From Chryseobacterium sp. (lineage in GTDB: Bacteria; Bacteroidota; Bacteroidia; Flavobacteriales; Weeksellaceae), in assembly GCF_031277615.1 (NCBI RefSeq), contig NZ_JAITMC010000038.1: a stretch of 64,000 bases of DNA, one strand, 5' to 3'. Positions 37,495 to 48,172 of this stretch are shown here, in pieces. The notes under the pieces are model-generated. The model searched no databases. It saw only the letters and a list, made by a program, of their open reading frames with translations, and was not told the origin of the DNA. Position numbers and translations under genes: made by a program. The first letter of the stretch is position 1. The number at the start of each line of letters is the position of its first letter.

Positions 37495-38523
37495 TTATTC
37501 CTGTATTAGTGTAATTGTATGTCGGTGAATAAGATCTTTTCCTTCCCGCAACGATACAGACGCCTTTAGCTGAAGAAGGTTTTTACTTTGTTGATGGGTG
37601 GTATATTCCAGTAAAATATTTCCGGATGCTGGTTCTGCAGGAAGTTCAGGCAGCCTTATTCCGCGTATGATTTCCTGTAAGCTGTATGGTTCTGCAAGAC
37701 TACCGTTTAAAGTTGTCTTTACAAGGCGGTCGTCTGAAATTTCCTGTTCTATATTCATTTCGCACTGTACGGGAAAAGAATTTTTATAAAAATAAAATGT
37801 TTCTTTCCAGGCTTTTGTTTGATGGAAACGGTTCAGTTCAGGGAATAGTGACTGAAAAAGAAGCGTACTCTGAAACTGCTGCAGGACAAAAATTTCATCT
37901 ATAATACTTCTTTCAAACGAATTCATATAAATTTCGGCAATTTCACCCGTAAAGAAATCCTCGATCTGCTGACGCCTTTCTGTAAAGGCGGTCATGAGCT
38001 TTTTATGATCAGCGAGTCCTGTAATGTTACCCTGATCATGAATGATGAAGCAGAGCGGCATAATACTGTTCATAGATGCGATGGATAGACTGCTTACCTT
38101 ATCCTCCACGATCTGCTCATCTGATTTAAAATCCTTCTGAACATAAGAGAGGATCAACTGGTTTTTATAATGATCTTTGTTCAGGTTCAGGTCAACAGTA
38201 TAGCTGATGCTGATGTTGGGTTCATACAGGCTTTCGATGTTTTCACTGACCTTATAGCTGGAAGCATAAAAAGAATCCAGCAGCAGGGAAGAAGGTAGCC
38301 TGTTTTTTCTTTCTTCCCGTTGCTGTTTTTCCGATTTAAAAACAGCAGGAACAAGGATACGCCTGATTCCGGTTAAGCTTTTCAGCCGGATAATATCTGT
38401 TTTCGGGCAATGGGAATTATGGAAAAGCTTCAGTTCTTCATCAGTCATTCCCAAACGGGAAGATATCGACTTTAAGGTGTCTCCGGAACGGACCCGGTAT
38501 TCTAAAATAGTATTTTCCATCAA
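37495..38523 (-). CDS. LysM-domain protein, cytoplasmic; candidate adaptor
   Basis: YRVRSGDTLKSISSRLG LysM; no signal peptide; 1 nt from the DUF4280 gene. Confidence 0.82.
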   Translation of the reverse strand: MMENTILEYRVRSGDTLKSISSRLGMTDEELKLFHNSHCPKTDIIRLKSLTGIRRILVPAVFKSEKQQREERKNRLPSSLLLDSFYASSYKVSENIESLYEPNISISYTVDLNLNKDHYKNQLILSYVQKDFKSDEQIVEDKVSSLSIASMNSIMPLCFIIHDQGNITGLADHKKLMTAFTERRQQIEDFFTGEIAEIYMNSFERSIIDEIFVLQQFQSTLLFQSLFPELNRFHQTKAWKETFYFYKNSFPVQCEMNIEQEISDDRLVKTTLNGSLAEPYSLQEIIRGIRLPELPAEPASGNILLEYTTHQQSKNLLQLKASVSLREGKDLIHRHTITLIQE

Positions 38524-38666
38524 ATGTGAGTTATATTATAAAGTTATGAAAAACTTTAAAATAAATCCTTTTTTAATGTTTTATTTTTAAGAATACTGGT
38601 ATTTTTTAATTAATTAAAGTTTTTTATTGTTTTTCGTTGAAAAATATTCAATTATTGAAAAAGAAA

Positions 38667-40925
38667 TTATTTAGTCTCATCCACTTTTTCTGCCTTATAT
38701 TTTTCTATAACCTTGCGCTGTTCTTTGGCTACATCATAAATCAGTTCCAGAATATCGTGAATGTTTTTAAGTTCCGTTAAATGCGAAATTTTATCTGGAT
38801 CTCTGCGGTCGATAATGTCGTTTTCCTCAATTTCGGATTTTCTTTTCAGAAGCATGTCCTCGATGGATGAGTCTTCCGGTTCCAGGCGGCTTTCCATTTT
38901 CAGGGTTTCATTTACGTCGTTGCCATTGAGCAGGGTGGAAGTCTGCTGCATTTCAGCTTCAATTTTACGGCTCCAGCTTTCGGCATCTATCTCAGGATAT
39001 TTCTCTTTGCTTTTCGAGTATTGGGATAGGGAAGCGGTATAGGCGGTGATCAGGTGTGAGGTGGCCACAAACTGATGGACAACTTCCAGTTTTTTCTGCT
39101 GGTTTTTGGGATCCGAGATCATCCTCTGGAAATTATCCGAAAGGTTGGCCAGGGAAATGATCGCGTTTTTACGTTTTACCTTGTAATCTTCAATATCGAA
39201 ATCTCCTTCCAGAAATTTAGACATGACACTCTGAAAGTAGATAAGGTTGTCGGCTGCGGATTTTTTCATCAGCTCCAGGTTCTGCGTATGCTCCCAAACC
39301 GGAAGTACAATATAAGATACTGCAAAAGCGATAATTCCGGCAATAGCCGTATCCAGAACCCTGTCTTTGAATATGATATCCACTTTCCCCGGATTCAGGA
39401 AGTTGAAACTCAGGAATACATAGATCGTCATAAACAGAACCGCCCAGAAATACCTTCCTTTCAGAAAGCTGAAACACATGATCATGCTGATCAGCAGAAT
39501 GGCAAACAGAACACTGTTGATATGGATGAAATGAAGAACGGCATAGGCAATGGCCGCCCCGGTTACCGTTCCGTACAGACGGAGAAGGTTCCGTTGTTTG
39601 GTGATGGAGTAGGCGGGTTTTAAGATCGCAGTAATGGTAATTAATATCCAGTATGTATGTCCCAGCTCCAGAAAGTCGAACATGGAGAAAAGATATCCCA
39701 GCAGCAGGGCTATGGTAATCCTGATGGCATGACGGAAATGGGAAGACGATAACGAAATATTATTCTTTAAGACCTGTGCATTAAGCTTGGGCTCATTCGG
39801 CATGAATTTTTTCAGATCCAGTCCGGTAGATAAACTTTTTGCGAGCTTTACATTTTGGGAAAATACCTTATAGATTTCATTGATCTCTTTGGTGATTTCA
39901 TTAATACGCATCAGGATCTGGCGCAGGATCATGAAGTTTTCCAGGTTATCAGGAGAAAGCTGCTTATTTCTGAGTTCAAAATAATGGTAATTAAGGTTTT
40001 TCAGTTCCAACTCCAGATTAACCATCGGCCGGGCTCTGGTACCACTCTGAAGGGCAATCCCGATATTGGTGATCTCCTCGGCCAGAAGGTTGAGGTAATC
40101 GTGGATATTCACCAGGATCATGCTGTCTTCAAAACTCTGCTGCAGCTTTTGATAATCACTTTCAGAAGTCATCAGCTTTTCATGAAGGTCCATTGAATTC
40201 AGAAACATCAGCATCAGTAAGCGGCTGGTTGTCGTAGATTCGTTAACGATTGTTCTGGTTTTGAAAACAGTTTCCCGGGTATCTTCCTGAAGATTTTTTA
40301 TTTCAATCTGCTTGGCAATCACCTGGGTTGTCAGTTTATTAAAATCCGGATTTTTCTGATAATAGCTGGCTTTGATCTTTAAAAACTCTGCCAATTGAAG
40401 ATAATTTTCCCCGATCATCTGCCCGGCAAGTTTATAAGGGCGGATTGTTGTTACAACGAGGAATATCATTAAAAACCAGATACATCCGCTGGCGAATATC
40501 AGTAAGCTTTTAAAAATATCAGCCCCCGTAAGGTGGCCGTCGATGAAGATGGCGAGAACGACGAGCGATAGCGAGCCCACAGCTGCCAGCCTCTGCCCGT
40601 AAACACCGATCAGGGAGAAAAACATCCCGAATACAATGATTTCAAGCAGGACCAGTGCTTTGACGTTCATTACCAGACTGGCTATCAGCGCTACAAATAC
40701 AAAGCAGCAGATGGCAAAAGCCAGGGCATTTCTTCTCCGGATAAAAGGTCCGGGTTGGTCTGTAAGCGCTACAAAGCTGGTTCCGAGAGGGAAGAGGAAG
40801 TATTCCTTCAGAATTCCGAAATGTGCAAGAACCAAACAGGGCAGAACGGTAGCCAGTGTAATCCTGATGGCAGAATATACATATTGGCTGGTCACAAATT
40901 TTTTTAGCTCTGCTGAGTAGTTCAT
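38667..40925 (-). CDS. FUSC-family (YccS/YhfK-like) membrane protein
   Basis: ALTDQPGP, FRHAIRITIA, HTYWILITITAILKP, QRNLLRLYGT. Confidence 0.9.
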   Translation of the reverse strand: MNYSAELKKFVTSQYVYSAIRITLATVLPCLVLAHFGILKEYFLFPLGTSFVALTDQPGPFIRRRNALAFAICCFVFVALIASLVMNVKALVLLEIIVFGMFFSLIGVYGQRLAAVGSLSLVVLAIFIDGHLTGADIFKSLLIFASGCIWFLMIFLVVTTIRPYKLAGQMIGENYLQLAEFLKIKASYYQKNPDFNKLTTQVIAKQIEIKNLQEDTRETVFKTRTIVNESTTTSRLLMLMFLNSMDLHEKLMTSESDYQKLQQSFEDSMILVNIHDYLNLLAEEITNIGIALQSGTRARPMVNLELELKNLNYHYFELRNKQLSPDNLENFMILRQILMRINEITKEINEIYKVFSQNVKLAKSLSTGLDLKKFMPNEPKLNAQVLKNNISLSSSHFRHAIRITIALLLGYLFSMFDFLELGHTYWILITITAILKPAYSITKQRNLLRLYGTVTGAAIAYAVLHFIHINSVLFAILLISMIMCFSFLKGRYFWAVLFMTIYVFLSFNFLNPGKVDIIFKDRVLDTAIAGIIAFAVSYIVLPVWEHTQNLELMKKSAADNLIYFQSVMSKFLEGDFDIEDYKVKRKNAIISLANLSDNFQRMISDPKNQQKKLEVVHQFVATSHLITAYTASLSQYSKSKEKYPEIDAESWSRKIEAEMQQTSTLLNGNDVNETLKMESRLEPEDSSIEDMLLKRKSEIEENDIIDRRDPDKISHLTELKNIHDILELIYDVAKEQRKVIEKYKAEKVDETK

Positions 40926-41166
40926 GCTACAAAAATAATTATTGAAAAGCGAAAATACCTTATAAAAATAAGACTTTTATGAACTTATTTTTAAGTTAAC
41001 CGTTAATATTTTCTGTCAGTGATGCCTTCAGCTTTGCAAGTGAATGATGAATAGGATTTTGCAGAAAGAATTCTAAGCTTTTATACCAAAGACTCATCTT
41101 GATATCCGGAGCTTTTCATCAATGACTGCGAAGCTGATTAACCGTTCACCTTTGACTTTACCCCAT

Positions 41167-41198
41167 AAAAAAAGCTGGCCCGTTTTGAGCCAGCTTTT
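41167..41198 (-). terminator. porV terminator
   Basis: AAAAGCTGGC-CCGTTTTGA-GCCAGCTTTT. Confidence 0.75.
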
Positions 41199-41214
41199 CT
41201 ATAGGGTAAATATC

Positions 41215-42378
41215 TTAATAATCTACATTAGACGTCTCTTCACCAATGTTCCAGGTAAGTCCGAAACGAAGGGTATTATCTAAAGCAGTATTGATTTTTG
41301 ACATATTGATCAGGTAAGAAAGATCAAGTCCGAAAGAACGGTATTTTAATCCTACACCGGCTGTTGCAAATTGTCTTGCTCCCTGGGTTTCACTTTCAGA
41401 AAAATAACCGGCTCTCACAGCAAAAGCATTGTCATATGAATATTCCAAAGCGCCACTGTACATGATGCTGTTCTTATTTTTGAACGATTTGCTGATCCCT
41501 GCAATAGGACCTACGTTTGGAATCTCATATCTCGGCTGTCTTGTATTAGGATCTATTCCTACAAATTCAGCCTGTGGAACAAGAATCTTTGAACCCTCGA
41601 AGCTGATTCCGATTTTATTCATATCATCAAGAAACATATCGTATCCTACCCCTATTCTTGCTGTCGCAGGAAGGTAGTTTCTGGTATCATCATTTCCTGA
41701 ATAATCCAGCTTAGGACCTATGTTTTTAATGGTAAAACCTGCATTTACCTTACCTTCATAGCCTCCAAAACTTGAAAATCTAGGTGAGGTATAGTATCCT
41801 GATATATCTACCGCAAAAGAGTTGGCTGGCTTAAGAGTGGTATCTGTGTTGAAACCTCCGGCTAAATCTGAACGGATGAATCTACCGGTAACCGCTCCTG
41901 AGAATGAATCTGAAAGCTTCAGGGCGTAGGCTACGTCAATGGAGAATTCGTTAGGCTTGGAAGTTCCCATTGAGGCTACATCAGAACCTACTAATTGTGT
42001 AAGATCCACTTCCCCCATATTGAAATAATAAATACTGGCAGAAAGGGTAGATCTTTCATCCTGTCCTAAGAATTTATGGAAAGATGCGTAAAGTAAAAAT
42101 ACATCATTGGTAAGCTTACTCATATAAGGAGTATAACTAAGACCTACGGAAGAACTTGTTCTGCTAAAAGGATATTTCGCCGGATTCCAGAATTGCGAGA
42201 ATGCATCAGATGAGGTGGCTACCCCCTGATCTCCCATCCCTCCAGACCTTGCATCTGGTGCAATCCTTAGAAATGGGGCTCCGGTTAATACGGGGTTTAT
42301 CTTGCCCAAGTCCTGTGCATAGCCTAGAAAACCAGCGCTTAAACCAAATCCCAAAAGCAGTTTTGTAGTTAAATTCAT
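41215..42378 (-). CDS. porV: T9SS outer-membrane shuttle PorV
   Basis: TGAPFLRIAPDARSGGMGDQG, FWNPAKY, YFNMGE, NALDNTLRF; immediately downstream of porU. Confidence 0.95.
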   Translation of the reverse strand: MNLTTKLLLGFGLSAGFLGYAQDLGKINPVLTGAPFLRIAPDARSGGMGDQGVATSSDAFSQFWNPAKYPFSRTSSSVGLSYTPYMSKLTNDVFLLYASFHKFLGQDERSTLSASIYYFNMGEVDLTQLVGSDVASMGTSKPNEFSIDVAYALKLSDSFSGAVTGRFIRSDLAGGFNTDTTLKPANSFAVDISGYYTSPRFSSFGGYEGKVNAGFTIKNIGPKLDYSGNDDTRNYLPATARIGVGYDMFLDDMNKIGISFEGSKILVPQAEFVGIDPNTRQPRYEIPNVGPIAGISKSFKNKNSIMYSGALEYSYDNAFAVRAGYFSESETQGARQFATAGVGLKYRSFGLDLSYLINMSKINTALDNTLRFGLTWNIGEETSNVDY

Positions 42379-42438
42379 ATGTTGTCTTTTATATATTATC
42401 AGTTTTTTATAAATATTATTATGTATGCTTTATTTAAA

Positions 42439-45400
42439 TTATTTCAAAAGTACCATTTTTTCTACAGCTGTGGCACTTCCTTTGCATTTTTCTTGGTTTT
42501 GACTTTTTGCAAATATCTTAAAAATATACGTACCTTTTGCAACACTTGCCCCAAAATCGTCTCTTCCGTCCCATTCTATTGCCTGACGTGGTGTTCTGAA
42601 GCCCTGTAGGAACGGTTCTGCAACCACCGGCTGCGATAATGTTCTCACTAATTTTCCTGTAATCGTATAAATCTGAACATTCACATCCAGAATATCATCA
42701 CAGTTATGTTCAAAATGAATATAGGTTTTATTCGTGAAAGGATTCGGCCAGTTCAGCGGTCGGTTAATCACCAGATGCTGATCGGATTCATCCTTAACTT
42801 CAAAGTTTAACGTAGCAGTTGTCGAATTATTGTTTATATCCCAAACTTTAAATGTTAATTGATGTTGACCTATCGCAAGATTTCTGAAAGGGTAGGTTAC
42901 GTTTCCTTTCTGATAGTCAGCCAGACTTGGGTTAAGACATCCGTTACCTTCACCGGAAGCAAAGAAATCATTAAGAACAACCGTGTTGATTATCTGGCCA
43001 TCCAGATACACCGTAATATCGTGGCCCACTCCGGATCCTGTAGAGTTAATTCCCGTATCATCGGTAATACAGGCCAGAAGCATAGGGTTCTGGTTGGTGA
43101 TTCCACCATCTGCAAAGTTGGTGTTATTCATATACAGCTTTACTTTTGGAGGCTCATTATCGTTGATTCCGTTCGGGTTGATATCTCCTACCTGAACAGT
43201 CTGGTTGTTGAATACATCAGAAACCTTATTGTCTGCATATCCTAAGATTCTTCCCTGTCCTACTGCATAATTAATGTCTTTAGGAACATAGAACTCTACC
43301 GTGAAAACACCGTTTACAGCCGTACCGGAAGCTTTTACAATAGCACTTCCTTCTTCTGTGTAATCCAGTACAGGCGATAATCCACCGTCATTATTTAAAG
43401 TCTTTTTATTAAGTCTTTTATCAAAAATATTGATGGAAACCCTTCCGTTGAATGTAGAATTAAGCGTTCCGTTAGGATTGTTGATATGGCCTTTTACTTT
43501 TACAAAATCCAGACCTCTGATCAGTCCCGGAACCGGCGTTTCAATATTGTCTATCACCAAAAGTCTCTGAGGTCTGCTCAGTTTCATGGCCGGATCACCC
43601 AGGAAATTAACTTTAAGGTGGTCAATTCCTGCTGTTTTTTGTTTTTTAGCGATTAAATGAGCGTATCCTAAAGATTCAAAATCATCACCGGTTAATTTAA
43701 AAATATTTCTGGTGTAATAATCGGTAAAGCTACGGCCGTATCCTACGTCGATGGCACGGCTGGAAGTAATCATTGCCGCTGCACCTCCCTGTTTCAGTTT
43801 AATGAATTGCTCTCCGGCTGAGAAAGTAGCCGGTTCATCCCATAATGTGAATTCACAGGTAATGGTAGATACAAACGGGAATCTGCTGTACACCGTAGAA
43901 AAATTATTGGAGTTCTGGATCTCAGTGCTGGTGAGTACTCTTTCCTGTGCCCATCCGTTGATTCCTCCATGTCCGAAATAGAACATATATAAGCTGTTTC
44001 CGATATCATTTGAAATAGCCTGCGTTACCTGCGGATATCTTTGTCCTCCCGCTGTACTCTGAGCCGGAAAAGCATCCAGATACAGTTTTCTTACATTATA
44101 CTCTTTCAGGTCCACTTGCCCCGGCTGCTCAAATACATTCACGAGAGTTGTGTTCATTTCATTATGGAAAGGCGCTCCGCCGTCTTTATCATCATCCACC
44201 ACGAAATCAAGCTTCATACGCCATTCTCCAAAAGGAGAGGACTGGCCCGGAAGGGAATTATAATAAGCCAGCGTTTTACTGATCATGTCTCCGGCTTCAC
44301 TTACATTGGCTGCGGGGATTCTTCCTACAGGCAGGTCCGGCAGATTATTATCAATAGTGGATGCCGTTTGCGGCTGGGTCATTACAATATAATCATCCGT
44401 AATAAAAGAGGCTACAAAATCCGAAGAATATTCACTCTGGTAGCCGGTGACAATATTCGAGTTGTTGGAGATCCTGTTTTTGTAATCATAGGAGCCATCC
44501 CCTAAAATGAATACATATTTAAGGCTTCCTGCAGGAGTATTAAGCTTTGTGACAAAATCTCTCACGGCTGTAAGATCCCTGCTTCCGCTTCCGAATTCGT
44601 TATAAACTTTATTAACGTCTACGATTTCTACCTTATAATTGTTCTTGGTCTGATGGTAATTAGCCAGTCTCTGGGCCTGTCCCATCATTTCAGGAACAGT
44701 AAGGATCAGGTAATCTACATTCTGAAGAGCCGAAAGATTCTGATTGGCGACTCTTTCCACAAACTGGGGCGTGAAAGCCGCATCAGCACGGAAGGCTACG
44801 AACTCATTATTAAAATTAGGATCTGAAGCCAGATAACCGAAGTTAAAGCTTCCTGCACCTCCTTTGTTGACCCTTTTGTTGGCATTGGTAATATCTGTCA
44901 CATCCCATACCTGCTCCAGAGCCGCTGCATTACTGATACCAAAACCATAATTGGTATTGGAGCCGCTTACCAGAGAAAAATCCCTGAAATTCATCTGAGA
45001 ACCATTGAAGGTAAGATTTTCTTTATATTGTACCTCTACATAGTCCAGGTAAAATGTTCCGTTGGGATTGATCGAAATATTGGGTGAATAACTGATGGCT
45101 ATCTGATTTCCGGTCAGCCCGGTCAGCATTCCTTCATATCTTACCGGATAAAAATCACGTATGGTATTCTGATCATTGTCAGGAACCAGCTGAGAAGAAG
45201 GATTGGTATTGTTGATTTTAAATTCAATCGTGTTTTTCTGGGCTTTGAAACCAATTACCTGCGTCTTGAAACGCACCATATCAGAAGCCTGAATAGGCGA
45301 ATTTGTGGTTAAAGTAACAGTCTTATCCGTTGTAATCGGGCCGTCTTCTACCCAGACTCTTCCAACTTTTAAAAGATTCTTCTGATCCTCGTTGATCACC

Positions 45401-46341
45401 TGATAATTATCGTACCTCGTAATCAGAGGAGTTGTAGGAAGATTTCCGTCTATAGTCTGAACCCTTTTACCCGGGCCTTTATCAAAATTGATATAATAAT
45501 AGGAGAAATCTTCGTAAATATTTTTTAGATTGTTGATCCTGTTGATTCTGGTTTCGGTTCTTTTGAAGCCGTTTCCATTGGACGTATCATAGAGGTTATA
45601 TCCGTTGGGCCCCTGCGCATAGAAAAGAGCATAATCCCCGTCATTCCATACATTATCTTCTTCGCCTACCACCTGAATGGCATTTTCCTGAAGCGCACTG
45701 TATTTAGTATCCTGATTGAATTCCGGAAGCATAACGCCCCCATTTCCGTAGATCCTGAAATTTCTGGGATTTACAGAAGATGGATTGATTCCGTTGTCTC
45801 TTAAAAACTGTGCTGTAATTTTAAAAATCCCCGAACGGTCTACTTTAATTTTGTAAAAGCCACCACTGGAAAGAGGATTATCAGCTGTCCCGACTCTGTT
45901 GGCCGTTCCGGATCTGAAATTATTCGGAGCAGAGGTTTCTGTAACATTGAATGACGAAAGCCTTTGAACCCGGCCTTTTACATTTTTAAATAAAGAGACA
46001 CTGATGTTGGCGTATCTTTCCCCTTCCAATGTATAATACGTAATATCCGCTACCTCATAATCAGGCAGGCTGTTTTTGTCAAGGTCAAATAAATCTTTCC
46101 CGGAAATGTTGTCCCAGGTAAGATCTGAAACTTTAAGCTGCTTTTCTCCTACTTTTTGTTTAGTTATAATAAAAATGTTATTTTGGCTAAATGAAAAACC
46201 TTCATTTTTAAAATTCGGAAGATTTAATTTTGTTTCGCCAAAGTCCTGAATTTTGGAACCATCCCATTCTATGGTTTTCCTTTGGGCCCAAAGCACTGAT
46301 GCAAAAGAAAATAGAAATAAAAGCGTGATTTTTTGTTTCAT
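42439..46341 (-). CDS. porU: T9SS sortase PorU (C25 peptidase)
   Basis: 1300 aa; catalytic YFGHGG and TITCEF; LPVGRIP; C-terminal CTD (NWPNPFT...YTITGKLV...GTYI). Confidence 0.96.
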   Translation of the reverse strand: MKQKITLLFLFSFASVLWAQRKTIEWDGSKIQDFGETKLNLPNFKNEGFSFSQNNIFIITKQKVGEKQLKVSDLTWDNISGKDLFDLDKNSLPDYEVADITYYTLEGERYANISVSLFKNVKGRVQRLSSFNVTETSAPNNFRSGTANRVGTADNPLSSGGFYKIKVDRSGIFKITAQFLRDNGINPSSVNPRNFRIYGNGGVMLPEFNQDTKYSALQENAIQVVGEEDNVWNDGDYALFYAQGPNGYNLYDTSNGNGFKRTETRINRINNLKNIYEDFSYYYINFDKGPGKRVQTIDGNLPTTPLITRYDNYQVINEDQKNLLKVGRVWVEDGPITTDKTVTLTTNSPIQASDMVRFKTQVIGFKAQKNTIEFKINNTNPSSQLVPDNDQNTIRDFYPVRYEGMLTGLTGNQIAISYSPNISINPNGTFYLDYVEVQYKENLTFNGSQMNFRDFSLVSGSNTNYGFGISNAAALEQVWDVTDITNANKRVNKGGAGSFNFGYLASDPNFNNEFVAFRADAAFTPQFVERVANQNLSALQNVDYLILTVPEMMGQAQRLANYHQTKNNYKVEIVDVNKVYNEFGSGSRDLTAVRDFVTKLNTPAGSLKYVFILGDGSYDYKNRISNNSNIVTGYQSEYSSDFVASFITDDYIVMTQPQTASTIDNNLPDLPVGRIPAANVSEAGDMISKTLAYYNSLPGQSSPFGEWRMKLDFVVDDDKDGGAPFHNEMNTTLVNVFEQPGQVDLKEYNVRKLYLDAFPAQSTAGGQRYPQVTQAISNDIGNSLYMFYFGHGGINGWAQERVLTSTEIQNSNNFSTVYSRFPFVSTITCEFTLWDEPATFSAGEQFIKLKQGGAAAMITSSRAIDVGYGRSFTDYYTRNIFKLTGDDFESLGYAHLIAKKQKTAGIDHLKVNFLGDPAMKLSRPQRLLVIDNIETPVPGLIRGLDFVKVKGHINNPNGTLNSTFNGRVSINIFDKRLNKKTLNNDGGLSPVLDYTEEGSAIVKASGTAVNGVFTVEFYVPKDINYAVGQGRILGYADNKVSDVFNNQTVQVGDINPNGINDNEPPKVKLYMNNTNFADGGITNQNPMLLACITDDTGINSTGSGVGHDITVYLDGQIINTVVLNDFFASGEGNGCLNPSLADYQKGNVTYPFRNLAIGQHQLTFKVWDINNNSTTATLNFEVKDESDQHLVINRPLNWPNPFTNKTYIHFEHNCDDILDVNVQIYTITGKLVRTLSQPVVAEPFLQGFRTPRQAIEWDGRDDFGASVAKGTYIFKIFAKSQNQEKCKGSATAVEKMVLLK

Positions 46342-46505
46342 GTTTATTATTGAAATTTCTGAATTACAAAATAAATGAAAATTTTAGAATTAAATTGTGA
46401 TACAATAAAATTAATTTGTTAACGTTTTTCAAAAAAATCAAATGTTTACTTGATTTATTGAATAATTTATTTTTTCTTTGTACTTTGAAAATATTTATAT
46501 CGACT

Positions 46506-48107
46506 ATGAAAAAACTAAAGTTGTTTTCATTAATAGCATTAAGTTCTACACTTGCATTAACCAGCTGTGGCGGGTCAGGAACCAGCAAAGGAGGCGGTAC
46601 CAAAAAATTTGTCAGCAAGACAGGTTGGAAACCAAACGAAAAACAGGGTTGGTTTTTTGCAGGAAAGCAACAAAAGCAGAAGGGTTGGCCGGGAATGGTA
46701 TATGTAGAAGGTGGAACTTTTACAATGGGATTAGTGAAAGATGATGTTATGCACGATTGGAACAATACACCACGCAGAATGCAGGTAAGTTCGTTCTTTA
46801 TCGGAGAAACTGAGATTACTAACTACGAATACCGCGAATACCTGACATGGTTGAAGTATGTATTCCCACCGAGTGACCCAAGCTTTAAGGAAATCTATAA
46901 CGGTGCTTTGCCGGATACCTTATTATGGGACAACAAATTAGCTAGAAACGATTATAATGAAACGTACCTGCGTTCTCCGGAATTCGACTACTATCCTGTA
47001 GTAGGGGTTTCCTGGACTCAGGCTAACAGATACTGCGAATGGCTTTCAGACAGAGCCAATGAAAAAGCTTTGATGCAGGCTGGTATTATCGCAAAAGATT
47101 TGTATATCAACGAATCGAACAACCAGGGTGGAACTGCTTTCAATATGGATAAATTCAAATCGAATGATCCTGAAATGCAAGGCTACATCAATGAAAAAAG
47201 AATGCAGCAGAAATCCGGTATGAAAACTACCAACCAGAGACTTCTTGCCGCAAACAGAGCTCCAAACGCTTCTATGGTTCAGAAATTCAGACTTCCTACC
47301 GAAGTTGAATGGGAATTTGCAGCGCTTGGAATGGCTAAAAACAGAGAATATAACCAATACGTAGGAAAAAAACCTCAGATTGAAAGATTAAGAGGATCCA
47401 AAGGAAGAGACAGAGGAATGTTCCTTGAAAACTTCAAAATGGGTAGAGGGGATTATTCTGGTCTTCCTGGATGGAAAAACGACGGATCTGCACAAACTTC
47501 AGACGTTAGACAATATCCTTCCAATGATTTAGGAATTTACGGAATGTACGGTAACGTTTCCGAGTGGACTGCCGATGTATACAGACCTATCATTGACGAA
47601 GACTTCAGCGACTTCAACTATTACAGAGGAAATATGCCTCAGGCGATCGTAAGAAACGGAGACGGAACTTACAAAATGATCGACGAAGGAACCATTAAGT
47701 ATGATACTTTAGCTGACGGAAGACTGGTATACAAAGGACTTCCTGGTCAGTTTGAAAGAGAAACCATCGCAGATTACAGAAACTTCAGAGACGGTGACAG
47801 ACAGTCATCTCTTGACTACAGAAACGCTTCAGATTCTGCTTCTTCATATGACATGTACAACTCGCCTAAAGCAAGATTTGTTGTAGATGCCAGCGGAAAA
47901 GTGAAAATGCAGAAAGATACAAAAGACAGAACTTCTGCCGTATCTAATGAAGTAAGAGTAGTAAAAGGAGGATCATGGATGGATACTGCTTACTGGCTGG
48001 ATCCGGGACAGAGAAGATATAAAAACCAGGGGAAAGCTTTTGGTTGGATCGGATTCCGTGTTGCACAAGATGCCAGATCAACGGATAAAAATAGAACTAG
48101 AAGATAA
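46506..48107 (+). CDS. gldJ: Gliding motility lipoprotein GldJ; probable start 46506
   Basis: LTSC lipobox; FGE-sulfatase motifs VEGGTFTMG, FRLPTEVEWE, GNVSEW, VKGGSW; divergent from porU and upstream of murF (conserved synteny). Confidence 0.93.
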   Translation: MKKLKLFSLIALSSTLALTSCGGSGTSKGGGTKKFVSKTGWKPNEKQGWFFAGKQQKQKGWPGMVYVEGGTFTMGLVKDDVMHDWNNTPRRMQVSSFFIGETEITNYEYREYLTWLKYVFPPSDPSFKEIYNGALPDTLLWDNKLARNDYNETYLRSPEFDYYPVVGVSWTQANRYCEWLSDRANEKALMQAGIIAKDLYINESNNQGGTAFNMDKFKSNDPEMQGYINEKRMQQKSGMKTTNQRLLAANRAPNASMVQKFRLPTEVEWEFAALGMAKNREYNQYVGKKPQIERLRGSKGRDRGMFLENFKMGRGDYSGLPGWKNDGSAQTSDVRQYPSNDLGIYGMYGNVSEWTADVYRPIIDEDFSDFNYYRGNMPQAIVRNGDGTYKMIDEGTIKYDTLADGRLVYKGLPGQFERETIADYRNFRDGDRQSSLDYRNASDSASSYDMYNSPKARFVVDASGKVKMQKDTKDRTSAVSNEVRVVKGGSWMDTAYWLDPGQRRYKNQGKAFGWIGFRVAQDARSTDKNRTRR

Positions 48108-48128
48108 TATTTATCAAAAAATACTTAC

Positions 48129-48161
48129 AAAAAACCTTCCGGATTTTCGGAAGGTTTTTTT
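48129..48161 (+). terminator. gldJ terminator, directly followed by a TATTTTTG -7 element for murF
   Basis: AAAAAACCTTCCG-GATTTT-CGGAAGGTTTTTT. Confidence 0.8.
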
Positions 48162-48172
48162 ATTTTTGGGAC

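Noticed and set aside
41010-41165. Possible ncRNA between the porV terminator and the FUSC gene
   Set aside because: No recognisable RNA family or strong structure by eye
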